Source: the human T2T-CHM13v2.0 reference genome, Homo sapiens. From it: a stretch of 64,000 bases of DNA. Positions 30,075-45,042 of the stretch are shown here, piece by piece. The stretch lies in the NCBI RefSeq assembly GCF_009914755.1, contig NC_060932.1; one strand, written 5' to 3'. The position numbers were made by a program, and so were the translations under genes. Within the stretch, counting starts at the first letter, position 1. Each line of letters starts with the position of its first letter. A model generated the notes under the pieces. The model searched no databases and was not told where the DNA came from. It saw only the letters and a list, made by a program, of their open reading frames with translations.

Positions 30075-30800
30075 TGTGGTAAAGCCAACAGATCAGAAGA
30101 CAACTGCCATTGAAAAGAGAGTTTGTTACTCACAGTTTCCTGGAGGAGGAGCATGCAGAACCACATGGGGAAGCACCAGAGGCAGAAGGAGCAGGCAAGA
30201 GCATGCAGGCAGAGTCTTTACTGTGGGCTTTGCAGGAAGGAATGGGTGAGGCAGGCTCCACAGGCTGAGGATTGGCTAGTGTGGATAATTCAGCAGGCTC
30301 TGGAGGATAGAGATGGCTGCCAGTTGCCTGGCACCTGGCTCTGGTGATTAGGGGAGAGAGAGCACAATAAAGGAGGTATTTGGTGGGTAGTCGCTTTGCA
30401 TTGGTTGGGTTGCATATGAAAAGTGCACTTGCAGACGAGTCTTTTACTCTGTCTAGGAACTGTCCAGCCCTGGGATGGGCAGACACTCTAGGATCAACAA
30501 GGTCCCAGATATCAAACACCATAAATACAAAACACTGAAAATACAAAAACTTCAAAAACAAAAAAAGGCACGATTAATACAGTATTCAAGTACCTTGAAA
30601 ACACAAATCCCACTGAGTCTCACTTACCAGCAAAAAAAACCTTTCCTCTCTTCTGAAAACTCTGGCCATTTCCTGCTTGAGAGTCCTGGAATGATCTCAT
30701 ATGAAGCAGTTACTTTATAGAAGGATGCTAATTATCTTCAAAACCCAACCCACCAACTCTCCTGGCCTCCAGGATTATAAATACAACTCAATTTCACAGT
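30075..30800 (-). mobile_element. MER21C-like LTR
   Basis: gccaacagatcagaagacaactgccattgaaaagagagtttgttactcacagtttcc. Confidence 0.65.
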
Positions 30801-31361
30801 ATCCCACAGGAAAAAAAAGTACAAAAATTGGATCTGGAGGACATTAAACAACAAAAGGATGCTAAAATTTTGCTAAGACATCAGAATGCACCTGCAAAAT
30901 ATGGTTGAGATAAAATCTAAAAGTACTAAAACAAGGGGGAAAAACATAGCACTGGAGTGGACTGGATTAATCCATATAATTAGTTTATGGCATATTCTGA
31001 ATTCAATAAACTAATGAACAGATGGGAGTGGCTCTAATAGTTTGCTTGGTTAATTAAACCTTGCATTTAAAAGTGTTCTACATTAAATGATGCAGTCATG
31101 TCAGATATTTCTAGTTACACTGAAGAGAAAAGGATACAAATTCTTAGGGAGATGAGAAGTTGGGGCAGATTCATTATGCTAATGAATCCCTCTCCATCCC
31201 TCTTTATGTCCCATAAGAAGGTCTAAAGATGCTTCTTTCACCAAAGCAGTAGGAATGCATCAATGAAGGGTAAGGGGCAATATGCTGGAAGTGGTTAATG
31301 GTCTACAGAAATCATGCTTCCTTTCCATGTTGTAGAAGGACATTAGAAAGTGTCTCTGCCC

Positions 31362-31953
<592 letters not shown>

Positions 31954-32597
31954 TTAAGCATAAGTTAAAAAGTCTGCCGACTTCACTGTTATTCCTCTGA
32001 TGATAGTATGCATTGTTTTGCTGTTTTTGAGATTTTTTTTCCCTTATACTTAGTTTTCAGCAGTTTGAACATGGTATTCCTAGGTGTGGTTCTCTTGTAT
32101 TTACCTTGCTGGTGACACACAAAATTATTTCAGTTGATGAGTTGATGTCTTTCATCAATTCTTGGAAGTTCTTGCCTGTCGTATCTCCAAATACTGACTC
32201 GGCCTCAATTTCTGCTTTCTTCTTCTTTTAAAATTCCTAGGCTTGCTTTAGCAGGTCTTTATGCCCTTAAACATAAGGTTTCTGCATTTTATCTGAGTTT
32301 TCTAGTTATTTTTGGCAAGTGCTTTAATTTCCTGCAAAGTTTTCCATCCTGCCTGGAAGAGTAAGTTCTTATATAAAATTCTTTTTCTCTGTAGTTTAAA
32401 TCTTTGTTTCAAGAAAATTGTTTTTATTCCTTCTGTTATGGATTTCAAAGGCTTTTCAGTTCCAATTTTTTCCCTTTTCTTTACTTCAGGTATACTGGTT
32501 ACTCACATGCCGGGTCTAAGTTGTCCGTCCCCTGTGTCTTTCATCTTATTCCTGCAATTCCGCATTGAATCGTGCATGAATGTCTGCTGCGTTCTTC

Positions 32598-32931
32598 TTC
32601 TTTTTTGTTGGTTTGTTTGTTTGAGATGGAGTCTTACTCTGTGTCCCAGGCTGGAGTGCAGTGGCATGATCTCAGCTCACTGAAACCTCCATGTCCTGGG
32701 TTCAGAATTGCTTGAACCTCCACTTCCGGGGTTCAAGCAATTCTGGTGCTTGAACTAGAGTAGCTGAGACTACAGGTGTGCACCACCACGCTCGGCTAAT
32801 TTTTGTATTTGTAGTAGAGACGGGGTTTCACCATGTTGGCCAGGCTGGTCTTGAACCCCCGAGCTCAGGTTATCTGCCCGCCTCAGCCTCCCAAAGTGCT
32901 GGGATTAAAGGCATGAGTCACCATTCCTGGC
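32598..32931 (-). mobile_element. AluS with internal inverted rearrangement
   Basis: Antisense Alu with a non-canonical segment at 32703-32757. Confidence 0.92.
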
Positions 32932-33424
32932 CCATGTCTTCTGCATTCTGCATGAATAGCTTACATCAGCCCACCTTGTCACTTACAAGGGATTGGGTTC
33001 TTGTTTTGCTGCTGCTTGTTTGGTTTTAACTTCACCAATTCTATTTTCTTACTTTTTATGTCTCTATCCATTTCATTTCTTTTTTTTTCTTTTATAAACT
33101 TATGTATTACAGGGGCAACTTTAATTTATTTGGGTAAAGATGATAAAGCAGCTAAAATTTTCTATTTCCTGGAGTACATCCAACAAAATTTTATTTATTT
33201 TTATATCTATATATGTGTATTTTATCTATCTATATCTATATCTACCTACTCATATGTAGAGAGATTTATAAATATTAATATATATAACCTAATGCTAAAG
33301 TGTATTCATGCTTTTTTGTTGTTTTCATACATTTTTGTTTTTGCGGTTGATTTATGACCTCAGGTTAGATCTAACCAGCTCAGCCTTTAACTCCAAAATA
33401 CAAAAGATAGAATATCTTTTCCTA

Positions 33425-33729
33425 TTTTTATTAGTTTTTATTTTTGAGGCAGGGTCTTGTTCTGTTGCCCAGGATTCAAGTGCAGTCATGTGATCATAGC
33501 TCACTTCAGCCTTGACCTCCTGGGCCCAAGTCATCCTCCTACCTCAGCCTCCTGAGTAGCTGGGAGCACAGGCATGCACCACCACGCCTGGCTAATTTGT
33601 TGTATTTATTGTAGAGATGGAGTCTTGCCATGTTGCCCAGGCTGGTCTTGAACTCCTGGGCTCAAGTGATCTGCCTGCCTCAGCCTTGAGAAGTGCTGGG
33701 ATTACAGAAGTAAGCCACCGCGCCTGGCC
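33425..33729 (-). mobile_element. AluJ
   Basis: gtgatcatagctcacttcagccttgacctcctgggc, gaactcctgggctcaagtgatc. Confidence 0.9.
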
Positions 33730-34379
33730 TTTTCCTATTTTTCTTGAGAATTAGCACGAGATCATCCTCTTTACCTACAGGGCTGGGTATTCATGATTTA
33801 TGTTCTCGATTTCTCTATGAAGTCATTCTTCTGTTTGAGGAGAGGAAAGAGGAACTGGAGCTGGGGCTGGAGCCCAAAACAGTCACCATGTGGGGATGCT
33901 GTTGCTTTCTTTCTGAAGAGGGCCTGAGTCTGGGATTGAACTCCATCAGTTTGGGAACTCTCCTATTCTGGAAAAGCATCCAAGATTTTCAGCACCCCCG
34001 CTCTTTGTGATTATCTCCCCAGAACTCAAAGTCTTCTTTTCATTCCTGAGCCAACGCATAATTTTCCACAAACAGCGCTAACATCATCCACAAAATCTCT
34101 GTGCCCTACGTTATACCGATGCTAGTTAAGCAGCTGTATAGCAGAAAGGCACCGTATTGCTATACTGTCCCCCACAGCCTGCTCCCTGGAAGTATGGGAC
34201 TGTGAAGGGGGTGCTCCCTGTCCTTCCCATAGTTTCCCAGGTTACCAGCCCTTGACTACCTGAGCTGTGAGTGCAGGTGGAGCTTCATAGAAGTTCCTCA
34301 CTTTGTTTCGCTGAACATCCCTGATAACGCCCCAGAACCGGGGAGCCACGTGTGGATTTCCAGCACTAACTAAACATGA

Positions 34380-35900
34380 AAATGAAGAATGTCTGAATCA
34401 GAAGGCACAGGTGCGACAATAGGAAAAGATATTTGCGACACCTGTAACTGAAAACCACATTGATCTGAGAACGTATTTAACACATCCACACATCAATAAC
34501 GAAAAGGAGAGACAATCAACCAAGAAATGAGCACAAGGGCTGAACAAACACCTCAAAGAAAGAGGATGTTCAGTGGCCAATAAAAATGTAAAAATGTGCT
34601 AGACTTGTTAATTATCTAGAAAATGCAAATTAAGACCACATTGAGATAACTCTGTAACCTTCCAGAAAAGATAACATTACAAATATTGATACATGGAGCA
34701 TTGGCAGCATGTGAGCAAACAAGAACTTACAAAGTCTGCTATTAAGAGGGCAAATAATTGGAAACCACATTCTCCGCATCTACTACAGATGGGAATCTAT
34801 TAGCCTGTGACAGGAGCTCTACTTGTAATTATCTACCTGTATGAGTCTCCCATGGCTGCTATAACAAATCGCCACAAATTTAGTGACATAAAACAACATA
34901 AATGTATTACTCTACGGTTGTGGTCAGAAGTCCAAAACACCTCTGACCGGGCTCAAATCAAAGTGCTGGCAGGAGTCAGTAAGGGATGTTCCATTTTCTT
35001 GTCTTTTCCAGATTTCAGAGATGTTCCACATTCCTTGGTCCATGATCCCTTCCTCCATCTTCAAAGTCAACATCAGGCCAAGTTCTTCTCATGCTGACCT
35101 CTCCCTGGTCCTCTTTTCTGCCTCCATTTTTGACTTATAAGGAATTTTTGTAATTACATTGGTCCCGTTTAAATAATGCAGACACCCTCCCCATCTCAAA
35201 ATCAACTGACGAGAAACCTAAATTTCATCTGCAAACTTAACTCCCCTTTGCCATGTAAGCTAACATATTCGTAGGTTCTAGGAATTAGACTGTGACCATC
35301 TTTGGGTCAGGCAACACTCTGCCTACCACAATACCCAAGAGAAACTCTTACACATGTAAACATATACATGTTTACAACATACACAAGGCAACATGTGCAA
35401 GAAAGCTTATAGCAGCGCTGTTCAGAGCAAGACTAAACAAAACAAATACCTAATAATTGAGTGCTAGAGGACTAAAGTGATGTCTATTCATATAATAACA
35501 AAAGAATCAGCCATATGCAACAATATGGATGAATTTTAGCAATGGAAGGTTAATTATAATTAAAACAAAAGATTACATATAGAATGATACCCATCTTATA
35601 ATATTAAAAACATCTAAAATAGATTGCTATTTGTTCTAGAAATACAGTCCCAGAAATATATGTATATTATATATAATTACTACATATAGATATCTATAGA
35701 TATATGTTTCTATAAGCCTGTAGGTATCTATAGTAATTAAATCACATAAAAGGATATCAAGGGCAAGCAAGTCATGAATATAAGACTCAAGATGATGTTT
35801 AATATGGGATAAAGATCGAGGATAGTTGTTGATGGTGATAATATAGTTAGATATTACATTTCAGCTATTGTTTAGGTAATTGGTTCATGGTTGCCTACTG
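34380..35900 (+). mobile_element. Old L1ME 3' region interrupted by an MLT1 LTR
   Basis: ggaaaagatatttgcgacac...aaatgcaaattaagaccacattgagata...caacaatatggatgaattttagc. Confidence 0.65.
34838..35330 (-). mobile_element. MLT1C/D MaLR LTR
   Basis: tgtatgagtctcccatggctgctataacaaatcgccacaaatttagtg...ctctgcctaccaca. Confidence 0.8.
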
Positions 35901-35915
35901 AATTATTAAACATAA

Positions 35916-36241
<326 letters not shown>

Positions 36242-36609
36242 TTAAAACCATGTATGAACCAGTGTCAAATGTTTATGAACAAAAGATGAGGATTAATATC
36301 ATTCTGTGCAGCTGCATGCCAATACAAGACAGTCTCTGTTTTTGAGAATTTGATAGTTTAATGAGGGAGATAGTCACATAAACAAGTATTTTCTTTTCAC
36401 TGTGATTAGTGCTTTACAGGTGTGTGGTTTCAGGTGCTTGGACAGCACAGAGGACACACCAGTTGCCTGGTATGGTCCAGGAGGGATTTACAAAAGACAT
36501 GAAGGCTACACTTCATGAAGGGATGTGTCAAGGGCAGAGAACCAGAACTGCAAAGACATGGAGGCAAAGAAGGGTCCTGTGTTTTCATATCTGAAAAATA
36601 ACCATGACT

Positions 36610-36840
36610 CATATTCTTTTGCTAGGGGTGCCATAACAAAATACCACAGGTGGGCAGGCTTCAACAGCAGAAATTTACATTCTCACAGTGCTGGAGAGTG
36701 AAAGTCTGAGGTCAAGGTGTCAGCAGGGCTGGTTTCTACCCAGGCTTCTCCCCTTGGCTTGCAGATGGCCACCTTCTCTGCATCCTCACGTGGTTTTGTG
36801 ATGTGTACTTGTATTCCTGGTGTTTCTCTGTTTGTCCAAC
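36610..36840 (-). mobile_element. Partial MLT1A-type LTR
   Basis: gctaggggtgccataacaaaataccacagg...ctcacagtgctggag...ggcttgcagatggccaccttctc. Confidence 0.75.
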
Positions 36841-38041
36841 AGGTATCTGTTGTATCTAAGTGTTGTTATAATGTTGGGACAAGCCTGCTTGCCTGAAAGA
36901 AGAAACTTACATGGGGCTTGGTGAGGGCAGTGCGTAGGGTCTCAGCTCTACATAGAGTCCTTATTCTTTAGAAAATGTGCTTCTCCTCTTGTTTTGTATC
37001 AATCCCTTGTCTGGAACTCCCTGGGGTGCCACCTGCTTCTCTGCTTTTTCTTGTTAAAGCATGAAGCTAACGCTGCCTCTTGTGCTGCAGGAAAGGACTT
37101 TGCCACCCCTTCCATTCCAAAGGATGCTTGTACATCTGCCTCCAGCCAAGTTTAAAATATGAGCATCAGAATGTTCTTCTGATGGATTCTTCTTGACCCC
37201 TTCCAAGCTAACCTACAAAGCATGGCATATTCGGGGCTAACACGCCCTTTCTAACTAAACGCTGGCCTTGGCTTCTGACTTTTCCAAAGGGAGCAAAGCC
37301 ATCTGCTCAGCAAGCTTCCAAAATGCAGGCAGAGATCTCCTTAACTGATATTTTTAAAATCTGAGTTGCTATGGTGGGATGATCACAAAGAGAATTGAAG
37401 GACAGATATTATTGCACACGATCAAGGTCATGAGCCTGACCAATGACAGAGAAGAAAGGAGGCAGAGCCCTGACCCCTGCACGCCTCATGCTCTATATAC
37501 TTGACTGATCCATGGACATAGCTGAGGCCAATGCTGGTGCCAGGGTAGGAACTACTGGCTCTTATGTGAATCATTGCCCATGTCCCCAACACACATGATG
37601 AGAAAGACATTTGGTCTTGAGACAACAGACAATGTAATCACTGGTGTCACTGAAGCAAGACAGAACGCTAAAGTAATAGAAGCAGACGGTGCTGGTGCCT
37701 GGCTGCAATTCATTCAGCCGGGATTAGTGCCTCACATGACACGCTGTCGTTCTGGAGCAGAGATGGGTTTGCTATCTACCCATCCTGGCTGATTCGTTTT
37801 AGCTCACTACTGACATTTCAAAGACATTCTGCAATTTGGATCTGTATTTTCACTCTGATCCAGTGGTGGTTTAATAAGATCCTTGTAAATTCACAGATTA
37901 TTTTAAAAGTGTTTTATTTTTGTATTGTTATTGATTTCTAGCTTTATCCTATTGTGGTTGGAGAATGCTGTGGGTATTATTGCTAATTTTTTTAATTTAG
38001 TGAGATTTTCATTGTGGCCCAAAATATATTCATTTCATAAT

Positions 38042-38419
38042 TGATATGCTTTGGCTGTGTCTCCACCCAAATCTCATCTTGAATTGTAGTTCCCATAATC
38101 TTCCCCATGCATCATGGAAGGGACCTGGTGGGAGGTAGGTGAATCATGGGGGAGGATCCCCCCATGCTGTTCTCATAATAGTGAGTGAATTCTCACAAGA
38201 TCTGATGGTTTTATAAGGGGCTTTTTCCCCACTTCACTCTGCACTTCTCTCTCCTGCTGCCATGTGAAGAAGGACCTGTTTGCTTCCCCTTCTGCCATGA
38301 TTGCAAGTTTCCTGAGGCCTCCCCAGCAATGCAGAACTGTGAACCATTTAAGCGTCTTTCTTTATAAATTACCCAGTCTTGAGCAGCTCTTTATAGCAGT
38401 GTGAGAATGCACTAAAACA
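38042..38419 (+). mobile_element. THE1 MaLR solo LTR
   Basis: tgatatgctttggctgtgtctccacccaaatctcatcttgaattgtag...cagtgtgagaatgcactaaaaca; 5-bp TSD ataat. Confidence 0.9.
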
Positions 38420-38789
38420 ATAATGGTCAATGTGCACTTGGAAAGAAGGCAAATTTTTCATTATTGGATTTTGCAACTTCAATATATATTTATGTGTTCT
38501 AGCTTACTGACAATGCTGGTTTTTCCACATCCTTACTCAATTTTTTGGTCCACTTGATTTGTATAGGTATGGGAGAGATGTTTTAAAATTTCCAAAAATA
38601 TTAATAACTTATATCTTCATTGCACATTGTAGCAGTAAACATGAACTCTCCTTTGTTCTTTCAATGACTTCCCATCTTCATTTAATTATGTTAAGATGTT
38701 GAATATCAATATATCATAAAACTTATCTCTTATGCATTTGCCTTGTATGTCTTTTTTCTCAATCTGAAAGTTTGTTCTATTTTTTATAT

Positions 38790-39318
38790 ACTAGTCTTAG
38801 GGTTGTCCAGAGAAACAGAACCAGTAGGAGGACAGATGTAGATATAGATATAGACAGATAGATTTATTATAAGAATTGGTTCATGTGATTATAGGTGCCA
38901 AGAAATCTCACAATCTGCCATGTGCAAGGTGGAGAACCAGGAAAGCCAGTGGTGTAATTCAATCCAAGTCCAAAGGCCTAAGAAACCGGAGGGCAGGGAA
39001 AGGAAGGAAGGCAATAATAGTTTAAGTCCTAGTCTGAAGGCCTGAGAACCAGGAGTACTGATGTCTGAGGATGGATGTTCCAGTTCAAACAGGAAGCAAA
39101 GGTGTCCTTCCTCAACCTTTTTGTTCTATCTGTGCCCCCAACAGACTGGATGATGCCCACCCACATTGATGAGGGCTGGTCTTCTTTATTCAGTCTACAG
39201 ATTCAAATGCTCATCTCCTCTGGAAACACCTTCTCAGACGTGCACCCAAATAATGTCTTAACAGCTATCTGGGCATCCTTTAGCCCAATCAAGTTGAGGC
39301 ATAAAATTAAGCATCACA
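38790..39318 (-). mobile_element. MLT2B/C ERVL LTR
   Basis: ttagggttgtccagagaaacagaaccagtagg...gactggatgatgcccacccacattg...aaaattaagcatcaca. Confidence 0.85.
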
Positions 39319-39811
39319 GTACTGTTCCTATTTCCTCCGAATTTTTTATCATTGTTCTATAGCTATATTGTCAAAACATAACACTATTATATACTATATT
39401 GCGTTCTTCACTCTATCTTATGGTCTCAGTTCTACTGCAAGTATATTATATGCTCACTATGCACCCTTATATAATACCTCTCAAATTATTTTGGCAGGCT
39501 CAAGTTTGTTCTGTAGTAGATTCCTTAGAAAAGGCTTATGGCAACAAAATTTTCTGAGCTCTGGTATGTTCATAAAGTTGAATGTGGCCTTTATAATTTG
39601 AGGTCAGTTTGGCTGGATATAAAATGCTTGGCATAAATTTTCTTTTTATAAATATTAAGTATAGGATTCTGTTTTCTTCTAGCCTAAAGCACTTCCGTCA
39701 AAAAGTCTAAGGTCAAACTCATTTTCTTTTTCTTAGGAATGATATGACCTTTTAGCCTGGATGTTCAAAGGATTTTTTTCTTTTTCTTTAAGCCAAGTAG
39801 CTATATTGAAA

Positions 39812-42384
39812 CAGTGGCTCTCAGAGTGTGAACCATGAACAACACACGGGGGTTCCTGAACCTTCCAGTGGACTCATGAGATTAAAAACTATCTTCCTAA
39901 TCATACATTTGCCCTTTTTAATTTTGTTGATATTTGCAATGACACTCCAAAAGAAATAGTGTCTGATCATGAATCAAGGCTCTAGTAACCAATTATAGTG
40001 TTAGTTACTGAATTCCTCACTACCAATCACTCACAGTACTAAAAAAATGCGTTTTACTTAAGAATATCCTTGATGAAGTACTAAAAATGATTAATTGTAT
40101 TAAATGTCAATGCTTGAATATACATTTTTTGAATACTCTGTGAAGAAATGAAAATTACACATCATGGATTTCTGCTCCACACCTGAAGTGTGATGATTAA
40201 TTAGCTCAAGGAAAAGTGTGTGTGAAATTGTTTGAGGTGCAAGTTGAACTTGGCACGTTTTTCAAAAAACACCATTTTTTCTTCAAAGAACAACTTATAG
40301 ACAAACTATCATTATTTGAATGTGGCTATTTGGCAAGCATTTCTTGAAAGTTAATAAAAGTAATCCTGTCATTTAAAAATATTTACTGCCAATGATAACA
40401 CTGAACTTTCAGGCACATTTTACTATTTCAGAAAACTTGGTATTCATAGCCAGCACCATGAGCTTGACAGCTTCCCAAACTTAAAGGTTTGTGTTTAAAA
40501 ATTTTTCAATAGCTTTTGGGAAACAAGTGGTTTTTTTGTTCCATAAATTAATTGCATATTCTGAGACTTTGGTGCATCCTCCATACTCTACACTGTACCT
40601 AATGTCCAGTTTTGTATCCCTGGTCCCCCTCCCACCACCCGCCTAAGTCTCTAAAGTTCATAATACTAATATCACTCCGTATGCCTTTGCGTACTCATAG
40701 CATAGTCCTCACTTATAAGTGAGAACATACGGTTTTTGGTTTTCCACTCCTGTGTTACTTCATTTAGAATAGTGGCCTCCAGCTCCATCCAAGTTGCTGC
40801 AAAATATATTGTTTCATTCCTTTTAATGGCTGATTAGTATTCCATGGTGTATACATACCACATTTTCTTTATCCACGCATTAGTTCATGGGCACTTAGGG
40901 TTGGTTCCACATCTCTGCAATTGTGAATTGTGCTGTTATAAACATGCGTGTACAAGTGTCTTTCATATAATGACTTCTTTTACTCTGGGTAGATACCCAG
41001 TAATGGGATTGCTGGATCAAATGGTAGAATCTACTTTTAGCTTTTTAAGGAATCTCCATGCTGTTTTCCATAGCGGTTGTGCTAATTTACCCTCTCATCA
41101 GCAGTGTAGAACACTCCCTTTTCCTCACATCCACACCAACATCCACAAAACAATGCATGTTTTTAATAATGGCCATTTTTGGAGGAGTAAGGTGGCATCT
41201 TATTGCAGTTTTAATTTGCATTTCCTTGATGATTAGTGATGTTGAGCATTTTTTCATACATTTGTTGGCCATTTGTATATCGTCTTTTGAGAAATGTCTA
41301 TTCATGTCCTCTGCCCGCTTTTAAATTGGATTGTTTTTTTCTTGGTGATTTGTTTGAGTTCTTTGTAAATTCTGGATACTAGTCCTTTGTCAGACGTGTA
41401 GTTTGCAAATATTTTCTCCCATTCTGTGGGTTGTCTGTTTATTCTGCTGATTATTTCTTTTGCTGTGCAGAAGCTTTTTAGTTTAATTAGGTCCATTTAT
41501 TTATTTTTGTTTCGTTGCATTTGCTGTTGGGGTCTTAATCATGAATTCTTTGCCTAGGCTGATTCTAGAAGATATTTTCCAATGTTGTCTTCTAAAATGT
41601 TTTTTAGTTTCAGAGCTTATATTTACGTCTTTGATCTATCTTGAGTTGATTTTTGACTTAAAGGTTTTTATAATAAGATTGGTGATGATGCTGATGAATC
41701 TGATTTTTTAATATTGTATCACAAACTGTGTGAACATTTGGTAAATCTGCATAGCAGTGAACCAACATTTTCCAAATAATGCCTGTTTGATGCTATAAAA
41801 TAATGCATAAGTAAAAGATCCACAAAAAGCCTGATAAATATTAATATAACAGAGTATGGAAAGCTCACTGATTTGGCTATAGATTCCATACTGCAACTGA
41901 CCTTTAAAAATGACCACTTTTCAAATTTTGGAATAGTATCAAGAAATATCCACAACTATCTAAAAAGGCTGTGAAAATAGTCTTCTCTTTCCGAACTACA
42001 TATATGTGAAAGGCCAGATTTCCTTCATATACTTCAACCAAATGATATAATGCCACAGATTGAGTGCAGAAGCACACTGAAGAATCCAGCTGTCTTCTAT
42101 TAAGCCAGTCTTTAAAATAATTCGAAAAAAGGTAAAACATGCCACAGTTCTTTTTTTGTGTGTTTTGGAAAATACAATTATTTTTATAAAGTATTTTATT
42201 TATATTATGAAAAATGGTTTATTATTTTAAAATCAATAAATACATTTTTAACTTTCTCAGTGTTAGTTTTCTAATATGATAAATATTAACATATGTAACC
42301 CATGTAAATATAAGATCTCTGGGATTATCAAGAATTGTTAAGACTGTATAGAGATCCTAAAAGGAAAATGTCTGAGAACTACTA
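39812..42384. mobile_element. Charlie1-type hAT DNA transposon split by an L1PB insertion
   Basis: Termini cagtggctctcagagtg ... tctgagaactacta; 8-bp TSD tattgaaa / tatttaaa; internal aatatccttgatgaag, ttggaatagtatcaagaaatatccacaactatc. Confidence 0.8.
40491..41655 (-). mobile_element. 5'-truncated L1PB
   Basis: Antisense ORF2 C-terminus ([14 protein letters not shown]..., [15 protein letters not shown]...) and L1PB-type 3'UTR; TSD acttaaaggttt at 40479-40490 and 41656-41667. Confidence 0.9.
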
Positions 42385-43019
42385 TATTTAAATATGTCTC
42401 AATTTTGAGCATTTTGGACTGATTTTTCCAGCTCAGTAGTGTGTCCTTTCAATATACAGGTTAAAGCTTTCCTTTATTTCAGGATATTTTTAACAAATAT
42501 AACTTTCACTAATCACCCTTTGCCCATCGCTTTTTTTCTTTAGGAAAATCTATTATACATATGTTAGATATTTATTATCTACTATATCAATCAATTACTT
42601 GGAAAAAATCTGTTTTTCAAACTTTTTTTCTGTTTCTATCTTTGTATTCCCTATTATCCATATAGTACAATCCATAGAGGCATTTTGGTTACGTTAATTC
42701 CAGTTCAGTCCTCATTACTTTAGTGGCTTTTTCGTTTAAAATATTTCCTTATCGCTGTTAGATCTCTTTTCCATTTTTCCTTTGGCATATTATCACATTT
42801 CTAACTCTGATTTGTGCTGTTAATAGCTTTTTTCATTTAAAAAATTTATTTGATATCACTTGTATATATTTGGTGATGGTTCCCATGTATTTTATAATCA
42901 TATTTTCTGATGAGCCATGATTGTCAATAGAAATATTAGTCTGCTGATTTTTTCATTTTTAAAAATAAATGTGTGAGTTAAACTCAGTATTTTCCTTCTG
43001 CTCATGTTTTAATGAGATG

Positions 43020-43560
43020 GTACAGTGAGGAGCTTCTCAAATGGCTTCCAATTATGCCCACATGCTTGTATTGACTACCGTACACCCTTCTCTTCCCCTG
43101 AGTACCTTGCTTCTAATCAACAGCATACTCCACATGGAGGGGATCACACTTTTCAATGATTAAAATACTAAGGATTCTGGCTTCCATCTCGCTGGCAGAC
43201 CCACTCCCTTGCTGGCTGTTATTAAAGCAAGTTTCCACGTGGAGGAGGCCACTTGGCAAGCAACTGAGGGCAGCATCCAGCCCACAGCCACCTAAGAACT
43301 CAGTCCCTCAGTCCAACAGCCCTTGAGAAACTGAAATTTGGCCAGCAACCCCATGAGTTTGGAAACAGATTCTTCCTCCAGTTAAGGATCCAGATGAGAT
43401 CCAAGCCAGGATGAGGTGACACTTCGATTGCAGCTTGTGAGAGACCATGAAATCTGAGCTATGCCCAGATTTCTCACCTGCAGAAACTGAAGTAATAAAC
43501 ATGTGGCTTTTGTAAGTTGCTAAACTTATGGTAGTTTGTTACACAGCAATAAATAACACA
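43020..43560 (+). mobile_element. MLT1E/F MaLR LTR
   Basis: ggccacttggcaagcaactgagggcagc...gcagcttgtgagagacc...ggtagtttgttacacagcaataaataacaca. Confidence 0.8.
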
Positions 43561-44695
43561 GATGGGTTCTCCTATGCTCTTTGGAGAAGGGTAGCTTTTA
43601 TAATTTCACAGCTCTGGCTCTCTGGAATTGTGACCACAAAATACCGAATACAGTATTATATCGAATTAATCTCTCCTGAAGAGGCATTTAATGACTATGT
43701 CAACATGTCAAATGCTGTGTTGTAACTGGAAAGTGGAATCAGCTTCCAATGTCATTTCATTAAATAAAAGCCATGTGAAAATTGTGTGAAATTTGTTTGA
43801 AATTTAATTATACTAAAATCTTAAAGGAGAAGAACTTCTGGCTATGGCTTAGTGATGACGTCAGCAAATTTTCTTCCTAAAAAGCAATTGCAAAGCTGGA
43901 CAAAATTAACAAAACCATCTTAGCACTCTGGAAATCAAAGGCATATAATAATCTGAGAAGTAGCTTTGCTTGAAAATGTGCTGAGCTTCAGGTACGAACT
44001 GTGGGAATCTTGCCCTGTGGCCGTTTCCATACCTCCCAGCTTGGTTGACACAGAAGTTCTGCTGCGACAGAACTGTAAGAACTGGAAGATTCTCTGCCAC
44101 AGTGGAAGGAGACTCAATAGATTCTTAGAGGAATGAATAATCTTGGTGGTAGATTAGCAGGGAAGTCCAAAGGCTCTACTAGCTTGAGTTCTGGTAATGC
44201 TTGAGACAAACATACTCTTGGATTAAGCTGCACATATGTACCCCAAAGACCAGAGAGGGGCTGAGCTATCCACACATTCCTGGCTGACCCTGGGGCTGTG
44301 TTTGTGCACAGAGGAGACATGAGAGGGCTTGCCGGAAAGTAAACGCCAGGGAAGACTTTAAAATGGCTGAACTTTGAATGCACTTTGCTAATCAGACATA
44401 GATGAATTGGCAAATGATGGAAGCCTTACTGGATAAAGCTGTTTGAGCCCAACCTTATCTAATCAACTGCTTGGCCACCATGCTACACAGGCACAAGATC
44501 AACCCGAGGAAGTCAGACTGAAAAATGAAGAAGCAGAGACATCAGAGTCTATACATCATAAGGAAAATAGATTTCACCAGTTGAGCCCAGGCAGATTACT
44601 AGACAAAAAATAAAGAAACATATAAAAGCTCCAAAATGACAATTGTAACAATTTTCTGGGGAAAAAACAAGCACCTAGAGTTGTTACAATAAACA

Positions 44696-45042
44696 CATAG
44701 AGTATCCCTTATGTAAAATGCTTGAGACTAGAAGTGTTTCAGATTTTGGATTATTTTGGATTTTGGAATATTTGCATATGCAAAATGAAATATCGTGGAG
44801 ATGGGACCCAAGTCAGTCTTAACACAAAATTTATGTATGTTTCTATATACCTCATATACATAGTCTGAAGGAAATTTTATATAATATTTTTAAAAATCTG
44901 GTGCATGAAACAAAGTTTTAACTGCATTTTTGATGGCAACTACGAGGTCAGGTGTGGAATTTTCTACTGTGGCATCATGTCAGTGCTCAGAAACTTTTGG
45001 ATTTTGGAGAATTTCAGATTTCAGATTAGGGATATTCAACTT
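44696..45042. mobile_element. Tigger4/MER46-type DNA transposon
   Basis: gagtatcccttatgtaaaatgcttgagactagaagtgtttcagattttgga ... cagattagggatattcaac. Confidence 0.8.

Noticed and set aside
43856-43863. Perfect CRE palindrome TGACGTCA
   Set aside because: A single 8-mer in old L1-derived DNA far from any exon; about one is expected by chance in 64 kb.
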